The notes under the pieces were generated by a model. The model saw only the letters and a list, made by a program, of their open reading frames with translations, had not been told where the DNA came from and searched no databases. From positions 7,130,001 to 7,194,000 of the forward strand of contig OZ365115.1 in assembly GCA_977030845.1 (NCBI GenBank): a DNA stretch of 64,000 nt, given 5' to 3'. Source of the DNA: Fimbriosthenelais zetlandica (taxonomy: Eukaryota). Below, piece by piece: positions 22,836 to 35,700 of the stretch. Position numbers and translations under genes: made by a program. Numbering within the stretch: the stretch's first letter is position 1; every line of letters begins with the position of its first letter.

Positions 22836-25800
22836 GTGAGCTCAACTAATATATCACACAACTTTCAACATTGCCCTTATCAATCATCATAATACAGGTT
22901 GGATTTTTTTTGGCAGTGGCTGACTATATGTCTGCCACGGTAATGATGCATGGGTTCTTTCTGGAAGAAATGATCCAAGTGATTGCAAGTGTTGCAGTCC
23001 CACTCTGCAAATTATATTGTTTTGTTAGTGGCTTTGCAGAAGTAAAATTTCCATTCGAAATATAAAGTTAATTGTCCTTGTCGTTGGCTTTAAAATGTGT
23101 CTTTCGATTATTATTTTTCTTTAGTCAATACAAAATGAGCCACCATACTAAACACTGCAAGTTGTTATTCAGATTGACCGAGTATTAGAAAATGATTTGA
23201 TGGATTGCAGTAAATCAATCATAGTGAGTCGATTAGTAAAAATTCACTGCAATCACGCTCCAATTCTGAGATTGAAATCTGAGTATTAGTTTAGCAAGAT
23301 GTCCGTGTTGATCAATTCCTGTCACCTTAAGTGATTTATTGATGATTGCATAACTCAATCATAACTAATGAATAAACAAGAATTTATACTTGGGAGAAAT
23401 GCTTAATATGTTAAATCCTTTATCAGAAGATTACCTGTAACATCCTAATGCTGTCTTTACCTGTTCCATCATCTGTCAAATTACCTGCTAAGTATTCCAT
23501 CCATTCATTTACCTGTTATTTTTTGGAACTGGGAAGCTTAGTCTTGTTTCACTCTGCAATTGCAAGTTATGACACCTATATGAAAGGAACCATATATACA
23601 TGCATGGCAGCCATCGATAAATTTTGTACTTACAATCCAATACTTCTCCAAGCTGTCCCAAAAAGAAAAAATAATAAAACCTTGGAGTTCAAACCTATCA
23701 AAACCAAACAACCAGGAAGTACAAGCAAACTCTGATTTGGTGAGACAAAAAACTCATGGCGAGTTTTCCCTAGTCGTTACTATACCGGCCTTAAGGTCAA
23801 ACTTAGCATACGGATAGGTGTTTTGTAGCTTTTTACCTTGCTTTATGTGGAAATTATCCCCCCTTGGGGCTGAGACAGGACAATACGTAGACAGGTTGGC
23901 GTGTATATGACATGGCTGCCTTGAAATGTCCCTGCTGTTTATACAGGCATCTACCATGTATGTCCTGGGGAAGTTTGGCTGCTTGGTATTTATCAGGGTC
24001 ATTGGAGAAACAGGGAGTTGTCTATTTACCAAAATCCCTATATAATACAGCCCACCTCTGTATCCACCCTTAATGAAAATGGAAAGTTAAAAATGCACAC
24101 AATGGGCTTTCTGACCCTAACGATCATCGTCTTCCAATGGTTTTTGGCTCTGATGCATTTAAGCCTTCAGTGCTATTTAGTTTGACTGTACCATTAGGCC
24201 CTAATGAGAAGACAACATCAATTATGAAATGCATTAATCAAGTCATTTGGGGAAACCCTTTTCCCCGTCCCTATATTTCTAAAGCCTCCGTGTTAAACCT
24301 ACTAGTGCAATATGCTGATAAAGACCAATTATATTGTGTTATACATTAGTATTTGAGATGAGATGCAGCTGCTTTCATTTTCATAATTCAGGGTTTTTAT
24401 TCGAAATTATTTCAAGAATGAAAACTTCTGTAAATTTATGTCTCAGTGTACCTTTTTGTACCTCAGTGTACAAACATATGATCATATGAGACTTCAAGAG
24501 AAGCTGCCCTTTACATAGCCAAACAAGTGACATGGGTTTTGTAGAATTGACAAGAGGCCCGGTCTATAGAATCAAATTGAGCCAGTAACAGAAGTGGAAA
24601 TGTATATACATCAGTCTGAAGAGTTGACAGCACTTGTCACATAGATTACACATGGCAGAGATAGCACATAAAATATGAAGAGTTTTACTGATGGAAGAGG
24701 GAGGGCATTCTCCCTAACATTCATCTTGTGGTTTTCTTGTTCCTATACATTGTACACCCATTCTTATAGAACATACAGAGTACGTGCATTTCTCATACAA
24801 TATTTTTCATTTACACTTTTCTCCCCAATGTAATCGTTTCTTATATTTCCTATCCCATTTCCATTCCTTCCTTGCATTTGCCCCCACCCTCTCTAAATGG
24901 TTGGAAACTTCCTTTTTAAGATACAAGTATATAAATTTATGTATATTATATATAAGCCTAAATATCTAGACCTGTATACTGCTCAAGAGACCATAGACAC
25001 CCTCTCTTCATTTTATACACGTGGACACTTAGTTGAGTGTTTTTCAATCGCCTCTGTAGGAATCTCGTTTACATCTCATGCACCAGGAAACCCAGACAGA
25101 GATTAGTCGCTTGAATTTTCAAACAATCAATCAAGGCAGAGATTGAGGACTATGATTAATGTCTGAAGTCTTCTCACGGACATTAAAAGACTCCCACACT
25201 TTCAGAATCACCCCCCTCTTTGTGTGATTTCCATTTGATCTTTAATCCCAATTTTAACTGAGGATTTGAGAGCTATTACACAAAGGTTGGTATCCTCTTG
25301 ATCTCTATTGACAATAACTCTGGATATTATGACCTTCCGAGAATGCCCTTTGCCCTAACTGAAATTATTCCAGTCAGTAACGTACGGTTTGAATCTGTCT
25401 GAATGGAAATTGGCCTGCAATACAACCATTATAAGGAAAACAACTTGAGAAAAGCTGTCCCACTCTTCATGAAAATCTGACTGAAAAAACGTTGTGACGT
25501 TCCCCCAATTGCATGATGACCAATCCGTACCAAATCGGCTCCAGTGTATACTAGTACCAAATTACCACCATAAAGTGTCCATTCCTACAGGGAATATCTG
25601 AACAGGAATATTAATTTTAAGTCCGGAGGGTGCAGATAGGATGTCTACATCAACTTGGCAGACATATAAACTCTGAGTGAAAACAAGATGCTTTCAAGTG
25701 TCACATGGCCTGTCAACTGTCAGCAGTCAGTGCTGTTAAATTTACCCTGCAATTGCCTAGTAAAAATGATGCAAGCTGCAGGGGTGCTTCTACGGTATCG

Positions 25801-26584
25801 GAGCCCATCACACTTTTATTGGCAGGATCTAAACCTTTGTGGCAGCTTATGTCATTTATGAAAAAAAGTATTAGTGGATATAGGGATACTGTTATCGCTT
25901 TGACAGACTTTGTCATGCATGAATGATTCTGCAGCTTTTGTCCCCTGCAGCCAAAGTCATTTCAGAACGCCTATATTTCTGTGGTTCTGTCTATGCTCAT
26001 ATCCCAGATTTGCAGGAACATCTGGAAGAGAGTGAGAAAGCTATTAATGCTCTCTGGGTTTTTATGGAAAGCAGCTGTGACCAGAAATAACAGGTCAAGC
26101 ATTAGAGATTGTTCAGATAATTGATAACAAGGTATAATGATAAGGATACATATTCAGCTATGATACACCCTGCTTATGTTATTATAATAACCCAATATCA
26201 ATTCCCATTTTAAAAAATAACCTACCATAATAATTATGTATTTGAAATAGCAGTTCCTCCCCGGGAAGGAAGAAGGCATATCAAAGCATAGAGTAGGCAT
26301 CTAATATGAGGGAATTAGTATGAACGCTCAGTAAGTGGCACATGTATGTCTGAGAGATATGGGCAGGTGAAAGGCGTCCAATTTAGACTAATCTGGGTGT
26401 ACTACCACACCCAAGGCATAATCAGAGGCCAGTTTATCACAGATTTTATTATGATTAGTCCCACATTATGAATGGTCCAACGCCCACCATTATGCAACCT
26501 CGATCATATAACAAGGGAATGAAGCTAATATGAAGAGAGAATATCAACAATACACTGAAATGTACATTTTACAATACCTTTGGT

Positions 26585-26790
26585 GAAATATCCTCTCTGT
26601 TGGCGCCAATGGAGAGATTAGGGTCATATTCATCACAGGGCGCCATCTTTGATCCATAGATCTTCAAATATTTTCTTGAAATAACTTGATAAATATACTA
26701 TATTTTTCACCAAATGTATTTCAGGAAAAATAATTGAAGTTTTTTTTATTTATGAAACCCTACATGATACTAGTGTTTCTTCCCCTTTAA
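26585..26790 (-). mobile_element. Probable one-ended Kolobok-like DNA transposon remnant
   Basis: Ends in ...TTCCCCT|TTAA (TTAA at 26787-26790), i.e. TTAA-AGGGGAAG on the minus strand. It contains GGCGCCATCTT and an imperfect palindrome TCTCTGTTGGCGCCAATGGAGA. I found no matching other end. Confidence 0.3.
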
Positions 26791-29700
26791 ATTAAAGTTT
26801 AGAACTGAGATGCACGAATATGGTGAACCTGTATAGTGAACTTGTATTGCATATACAAGTATATCAGTGAATCGTAAACAACATCAACTTGATCTATATC
26901 TAATGCAATATGCCAATCCCAATAACTTTCAGGTTATGATGATGACCCCCAGATCTAATACATGATAGAACATACAGTGCAGAACTAAATCTATACCTTA
27001 CATTTGCATGAAATAATGGCACCAAATTCCCCCTGTGGTATGGCTCTTTCTGCAAAAGAAGATATGAAACGTTTTCCGATGAGAAACACGTTACATGAAT
27101 TTATTTTGTTCTCTCCGGGCATTACCTGATTTGAGCAAATTCCATTGCTTCATTCTGCCTTAGAAGGTTTTTCATTTGCTAAATTTGGGCCTGAAAGGCC
27201 TTTTGGTAAGGCCAGATCCCACATTTGTGGAGAAATTGGAGGCTCGTGCCAAAAACGGATACTGAATGCATGGCAAATCTCTATTAGGAGAAGTCTTTAT
27301 TTGATCCCTATAGAATTATATCGTGTCAAGGCATATGTACGTGTAATAGCAATATGAACTCAGACAATATTGCTGCAGATGCAGGATTGGTGAATTTTGC
27401 GCCTCTGTCAGATATGGTAGACCTAATGATAGATTATTTTATTTTGTTTGATATTCAATTATTAATAATATGCTGCATTAAATCAGAATGTAGCAGATGT
27501 TTCCAAGTTGCAATGCTTCCTAGGTTCGTGTGAATGGTCCATTATAGGTGTCACCATGACATAATTTGTAATTCAGTCATTAATCAAATTATAAATTTTA
27601 CAGATAATTTCAATACAATATTAGTATATGAATCAAGGTCATTGATTGAATAAATCAATAATTAGACCAGTGTACAAACCCTCATCATAAGTTCATGCCA
27701 CGATCAATAACCTAATTGAAGGTTCCGTTCCTTACATTAATTGAAAATCCATTCGTAACGTTAAGCCAATTTGGCTCTTGGAAGAGGTAGCTGAGAAAAA
27801 ATGACACTTTAAATAGTTGAACAAAGTATAAGACGCTTCCCGCCGATGTGTTTTGACTCGGAGCAGAAGGAGGCGGCTGTCAGTTTGTTTAACATGCATT
27901 ATATATGATTAAACCCATCATTTTGGTCGGACGCCAGCATTTCACAATTTCAACAAGAACATCTTAGGGAATAAACGATGTTCCTTGCAGCAGTTTCAAT
28001 TTGCCTGTTTGAACACATGCAGGAACGATTTTAAAGCTAATTCGGTTTCAATTTCTCATGAAAAAAGACAGGAAAAAAGCATCTTCCACTGGCAGCCATG
28101 GCTGGGTGGGGAGCTGCAGACGCCGGAGCAGCTGGAAAATGCTTCCATTTACACTTTTACCAGCTGAACGTTCTCCAGCTGCTGGCTGAATACCTTTACA
28201 ACTGTTCCTTTTACATGGACATGATGAACTAATCTTAGCCAAGCACATCTCAGCCACGGAAGAATGGGAAAGGATGACAAATGACTAACCAATCCCTCAG
28301 CCAATTTGCAACTGCAATGAACTCGCCACCAATTGTTTTGAATGAAACTTTGGATGGTGAGCTTGTAGATGTAATTGATGAAATCTCGTTAGAGGAATCA
28401 ATTCATAGAGGCGCTGCCTAGTTCGAGGGAACTATAATTTCATGGGAGGATAAGTCAAAATTCCTAAGAGCATAATTATTACAAGTTACACTCTATGGAG
28501 CTGATCAAGAACATCCTACTTTGGTGAAAAGTACAAGTAACCAATAGCAAAATAATGATAACATTCTCAACTAGCGTTCATTTCCTTCGCCCATGTCCAG
28601 CTGTTGTTGTCACTATTCCTTTGACGCATTCCCTTAGAGAATACAGTCATTAACTGCTAAAAAGAGACGTGAGCTCCTTTATGTCTTCTACCACTTGGCA
28701 GGAGCATATTAGAAATGTCCATATTAGAAATTCATCGCAGAATTTCTGTGATGTGAGAATGGGTGTCTGAATGAACATTCCAGTTCTGTAGCTGATGGAC
28801 CAATTCAAGATGTGCTAAAGTAGATAATAGATCACTATAAAAGGATTACATATTGGGTCTTGTCTCAGGTTATGAAACTGGTCTCAGGTCTATAGTTTGA
28901 GTCTAGTGTCCTGTAGATTGTCTCTTGGTGCATGGATGGACTCTAGTCCATGTACTGGTGATTGTGCCCGGTATTGATAACCCATTGCTGTATCTAAAGC
29001 ATAAACTGCTGCTTGCAATGTCCTACCTTATCATAGCTTGAATGTTGTAGTGATGCAAGTATCCATAAAAGTTTGGATACCAGCCTCTTCGATCATTTAT
29101 GCCATGTGCTGGGAACTAGATCCAGTCAGGAAATATCATCTGAACCTATAAGACAACTACTTATATACATACACAGCTGAATGAACTTGACATGTGGGGC
29201 TGGACAAACCAAATAAGTCAGGGCCAAATCATTGCTTGTAGCTGTACGCCTACTAAATTGTCCTTTGCCTTAGTATCTGTCTGTAGTTGCTATACTCGAT
29301 GCCAGCTTGCCTTGATCAGACCAGTGCATCAATAGTATTCCAAACTGAGTCAATAGAAATCTACTCTGAAACGAGTGGCTCAGACTATAGAGCGATCGGC
29401 TCGTTCCAAGTATAAATGGCTGAATATATCAGTGTGGAAGGGAACATGGAGCTGCTCCCCCTAAAAGCTGGCAGGCAGTGCAACCAGATAATGAACTATT
29501 GCATGTTTTCAAATCCCCGTTTTCACAGCTTTATAGTCATAGATCGAGATGGCAGACCTTCAGATCTTTGTCGTTGACCTTCAGTCCCATTTATTGCAAT
29601 TAGTACATGTCAATTTTCCAGGAAAACAACAATGTACATGTCCAAGTAGTTACACTGTACCTACCATTAAGATTGTTCAAAATATTATATTCAGACATTG

Positions 29701-32700
29701 CGCTTTGATACACAAAGCGTCTGATAATTAGGCCTTATTAAGCCCTTTTTATATTTAATCACGTTGCATCGCATCTCCTCTAACACACTGTGGCAGAACT
29801 ATTAGGGCAGCGATGCTGTTACAGAGAAACCAGAAGTGCATACATTATGGAGAATTTCAGTCAAAAAGGAAATTGAAAATGACAGTTAAATATTCTGCCG
29901 GTGGTATATTTGGGAAAATCATGTGTTGTTTTAAAATGATGAGCTGTTATAAAATAATGTTTTGACAATAATAGTATAACTGTTGTTGACAAACGTGCAT
30001 TCAGACGCCTATCTATGACCAAAATCCCAAAGAGGGTATTGAAAAGTTACTTTCCAGTTAGAAACAAAATTGATGGATTCAGATCAAGTACATGAAACTT
30101 TCTTACCGCCATTTAAAGTCTATTACCAGTGAAATAGACATTATAATAGCTTTGCCCCTATCTATAGGTGCAGGTGCTCGCCACAATTGGGATAAATTTT
30201 ATTCATTTGCTCGCGTCTTTTAAGACTTGGTTAGACCCCTGTTAAGTTAAGGTTTCTGGCATCATTGACATGCATAGCAGGTCAGTTCTGAGACTGCTTG
30301 GTCTCAAGCCCAGATAGGTTCACTAAAGATCTACCGTGCTGGGCCAGACTAAATTGCTCGTTTGATGCACAGTAAGGGGAACCATCAAACCCTCAAGTGT
30401 ATTGTACTATCAGACATTTGATCAAACCAATTGCAACTTAAATGCAAGTGACTGTTTAATAACTTGAGCGAACCGTCGTAGACTTATCTACCGGTTAATG
30501 TATAGATCTCTGCATTTGCCAAATAACAGTCTGGTATCTATGTGGGGTGTATCTCGTATGGTTCTTGCCACTTGATTTGGTTTGAAAAATGAGCATCGAT
30601 TCTGATTAAATCCCTAGAGCTCAACAAGTAATAATAAACCTATAGCATGCAGGGTACCTAGCCCCAAGCTATATCCTATTAAATCAGAAACTGGTCTTTA
30701 GATTTTTGATCCCCACATCTATCCAGAGCCTGTGGGTATAGAAGATCTGCTAATCACTCTCTAAATTGGTTCACTTCATTAGTGATTTATTAGATAAATT
30801 AGCTGGTGTCCTAAAGATAAACTTTCTTGTGAAATATATGCACATTTCCTGAGCCCTTTTGAACCAGACTGAAAGAAAACTAATTTATCTAGATTGAAAT
30901 TTTATAAGTTCCTGGAGACTACTTGCTTTTCTTCCGGGCAAATAATGTCCGTGATACAGAAAAGAAGAAATCGCCTCAGAAGTCTGGTGAAGATCCTTGC
31001 TAATGGATAATCTATTTCAGTTTCACAAGCAGTGAAGTTAGCTTTAGATAGGAGAGAGATCCCCTGATAAAAGTAAATAAGAAGAACCCCTTCAGCCAGT
31101 GACGTATAGGTAGACCAGAAGGTCTATCCATCCTTAAGAAAGCGATGGATAAGCAGACTTGCTTATTAGTCTGCTAGTACTGAACCTATACGCACCACAT
31201 AAAGAAGAGCTCACGAACTTCCACTTTTTATATCAGCTTCTAATTTCATGAAGGTAATCGCGGACTAGATTAATGAGCCCAGTTGAAAACTCTGGCTAAA
31301 TTTATGGGAAAGATCTTTGTGTCACTGGAAATTGCTGCCAATTCCCTACCCTTTGTCTCAGTTCCCCAGTATAAATTACCATTTAGATTAGTCCCCGTGA
31401 TTAGGCACCTTTGGTATGCACATCAAGGACTAGAGTGTCCAGATTTCTGAAAAATGTTTGTGTGGATCTCTCTGTGGATTAAGTTGAACCATAATTCTTG
31501 TGATCAGTAATTATTTTCACGAATATAACTTATAGATCAGATAGGCAATATAACACCAACTTTAACTTATCAAGTACTAGTAGCTTCGGAACTGTTTTTC
31601 AATAAACAGGGTACGTTATATAGGGAAATTATATATCATAATAATTGAATAATTGATTTGGTGTCAAAATGAAAACCCATAACCAAATGGTTAAAAGGGT
31701 AAAAAAAGAGCAAAAGGCTTGCCATGGCATGGTACGTTTCTGAGACTTGTCCTCACTGGAGCCCTTCTAGTTGGACGAGTGAGCATAGAATTGACCACCA
31801 TGTGATACCAGAGGGCATATAATTGATGCATTGCCAACCTTGCCTTCATATAGGCCAATATAGACCCGTACCATATGATGTATTCCCAGGGATATTCTAC
31901 TAATAAATTAAAAGACCAACCGCTGACTCGATGACTGGGCTTTCACCCCATTTGCACAAAGCTCCTGCTGACTGTACTTCATTATCTTTTAATTTTTCTA
32001 TAAAACAGCGGGATAGATCCTCTCTTCATCCCTCCTTTGTGCTGTACATCACTCTTTGTTCAAGTTAACAAGAGTAGTCATATTCAAAGGTTTCATTTTT
32101 ATTAATTAAATCCAACCCTTATGTATATCAGTAAAATGGCTCGCTATGGTTGATCGATGAGCAGTATCGGCGGGGTGGGGCAGGTGATTTTTTTTAATCA
32201 ATAGCATGATTGGGATTTGTTGCTCAAATGAATTCTTTTCGCCCTGGAAAGGCTCCGCCAGTGGTTTTAATCAATATGATACGGGTCACTACTGCCGGTA
32301 TATACAGGCCAGTTATTTTATTGATTTTATTGTGGCTTACACAACTTAAACTAAACACAATAGATTGTTTCATTTTCAAACCAAATAATCCCATTTTTTC
32401 CTCAATGTTCGCAGTATTACCATGTTTTTTCTTAGTGTTTGTATGAGTAGTACACTCTTTTATATACCTGATATAATTATGCATTTTCTTATCATATACA
32501 AAAAAGAAGTGTCTGGTCATCTGTAATAACTTCTAAAACTTTCTAAATAATTTCTTTTAAAAACAATGATAATCGAACATTGTTTAATCTAATGACCAGA
32601 AACACATGCAGCGACTACCGAAAATATTTTCCCATGGACTATATACACATGTATAAAGCTGATCAAAGGGATGCAAGTCCACTTTAATTTTGTCAAAAAT

Positions 32701-35700
32701 GTTTCCCTTTTATATCTTTCCGCTAAAACATCTTAACGTTTGATGAACATTTTCCAGAGAAACCCAAGCGAACCCACTGTCAATATTGGTCGTCCAAGCT
32801 GAAAGGCCGGGACATCTGAACCCCCAAAATGGCACCAAAATGGACATCACAGTAAAGCCCATTTCCCAATGGGGCCTTTATGTTGAACCAGCTTGCAACG
32901 CCTGTGGCCACCTTTAGTTCAAAATGACCCCCTGTAAATCTATATTTAGAACAGCGACCCATTACACTGACCCAAAAAACACTGCTACTTCTTCTCTCCA
33001 GGGATTACAGTAGTACTTTAAGACCTTACCCCTCAGTGGAAGGTATGCATGCAAAAGCCAAACACTCTCCTTCGGCATTTTGATGCTCATTTATTTTCCT
33101 TTACTACAATTTACTTTCCTATATATAATTAAAAAAATAATTTAGGGATGTACGTCTCCATGGTGTTTTCCCTTCGGCACAAATGACTACGCCCTTCAAT
33201 GGCGGAAAATTAATTTAGATGATCCAAATTGCCCTGTATAATTCCACTATAAATAAGCCATTCCCTCCTCATATTATTACATAGAATATGAAGGGACGAA
33301 ATTAATAGAGGCCCGTAGGGCCAAGGTATGGCAACATAGGACATTACCAAATAATTGGGTCAATTAAAGCCCTCCATACTGCTACTTACATGAGGTATCT
33401 TTTATGAATTATCAGAATTGGACCATTGCCCCAGGGTTAGGACCTGTTATTCTTACAATGTCCAAAGATACCTCAAAGGTGGTTCTTCGGTGGATTTATT
33501 CGGAATTGTAACTTTGATATTGCTTTATATCCTTCCATGCCTCAGTTCCTATATCAATTTTGAAGTGCATGGGTATGGGAATATTTGATCATACTCATTC
33601 TTACCTTCAATATCTATCTGAATCTAGTTTAATACTCTTTAAAATTCAGATCCAGGGGCCTCGAGGAATCATGGTCCTGGGCCTGGGCTAAGAGTCTGGA
33701 TAAAAATCGGAGTTAAGGTCAAATAAATGTGCCCTTTTGGTCGTACCTTTGTTTTCCTGACAGGAACAGCCAAAGAAGTATTGTGTAACAAATGTGCAGG
33801 AAGTTTCCCCACTATTAAGGCAGTGTGAGAATACATTATAACTTCCTTTTCTGTTCTGCATTGAACAGGGGCATAACATATGCTGAGTCATTCTCCGCCG
33901 GAAATATCTCAAGCAAACTAATTCATTATTATCCCACAGTCCAAGTCATTTTTAGAACTTTAACCAAAGGCATGCCATTAGTGGTAGAAGAGCAATTGCA
34001 AGAGGGCCAGAAGATGTGAGAAAAGTCTACTTTTGAGGCAGAATTAAAGAGGAAATGGTGCGTACAAATGAGAAAGCTTCCCACTAATCAAAAACTCACG
34101 TGGGCGATAATTAGGGCTTTTATCATAACCGTTTAAGGACAGTTCACACTGGAGTCTCATAAAGATACCAGGAAGCTCTCTATTGAAAAACAAATGATTA
34201 CACAGGTTTTGTAAGGTTTCCATCTATTTGCTGAATGCAATACTCCTCAAATGGATCTACTCCTGTTATTTCAAATGCCATCATAAAAACTTTCTGAGGG
34301 TTGAATCAATCCAGTTCCCTAAGAATTCGAAAAATGATCCTTATGTCTAGCTTTGTACTGCCAATTTTTTAAAGGTCAAATCCGGTCTTTATTTCTGTGA
34401 TTCTAATGGCCTTTTATGATGGCTGAGGTTGTTTTTCATTACCTGGATTTAGGAAACTAGACTTATAATTGTTAATATTTCCTTTAAAAATCCAGCTTGC
34501 AATCTGCTGGTAGGACATTGTAATACGAGGATGAGGCCGTGTCTCGGTAGCAATCATTATGTCTAATCATCATGTGTGGCGTTCAGGAATGGAAGCACGG
34601 AGGAAATCTTCTTCTCCAATCAATACTGGCACAATATAATTATATTGTCACGGAATGTCCTCTATGCCAGTGCCACCATGAAACCAATACCCTAGAAATC
34701 CCCACGGCATTAAAGAGCATCTCTACATGTTTGCAATAACATCATCCTTGACATTAATCTAGTAATTCCTCTTTAATTAGGCCATCATTCAATGAGAGCC
34801 GCGAAACATTATAATTATAGCCCAAATGTTAGCACAAAGATACGATAGGAACATTACAATGATTTGTATCTCATATGGAAAATGTCCATTTTGTTGTATT
34901 TAGAGCTTCACTAAATGGAAAGAATATTTGAAAATGTCATGGAATTATTGTGAATTACAATGTCCGACTTAGCAATGACATTTTATAAACAGGAAACAGT
35001 CTACGAGCAGGCGAGAGAGATGTTAGTGTAAAAAGAAGGTAGACTGGAAAATGAATTCAGCCTTTCTCAGGGCCTTTTTGCACAGAACACGTTAGTTTTT
35101 GAGGCTGCCTGCTCTCAGTGAGCAGCATCAATCTTCTCTAATTCCTGTAGTCATTTTGTCGTCAAAACGATACGAAATAATTTAAAGTCAAATTCCTAAT
35201 CCCATGATTTATTCAGCTAATTTCACTGAAACTGGGGATTTGGACTGTTTTGCTATGGGTTTCTATTAATTATTAAAGTGGTGAGGCCATCGATCAGAAG
35301 CAATAATTAATCATCCATGCTCAATCCTCTGAGACCTAAATGATTCTGACGGGTCACATGGCTTCTGAATGGCTTCCTTCTTGGACTAAAACTTTGAGGA
35401 GGCAGAAAATATTGCAAAAGTTTGCCTTAACTTCCCCGCCACACACATCTCACATACTACTTACTACTATGTACGAGGTATAAGCTGGCTGCGTTGGAAT
35501 ATTTTCCCTCTGGTCTGAGGTTGATCAATGATTGCCGTACTTACTGACTGTTCTCAGACCTTTTTCACACTCATGTCCACCTATAACCATCACCTTTGTG
35601 ACTAGATCAGTGTTTCCAATGGTAAATTGCTACCTTGGGCAGAGTACATGATGTCATTAAGGGTCTATAGAGTATAACCGGAGGGGCGTTCGTGCCAATA

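Noticed and set aside
26640-26653. CTCF-like motifs at 26640 and 47928
   Set aside because: Only the AGATGGCG core matches. They fit YY1 (AAGATGGCG) better, and the first lies in a probable TE remnant.
29375-29406. A-box-like GTGGCTCAG...AGAGCG followed by GGCTCGTTCC
   Set aside because: Both boxes are degenerate and far too close together for a tRNA or SINE head.
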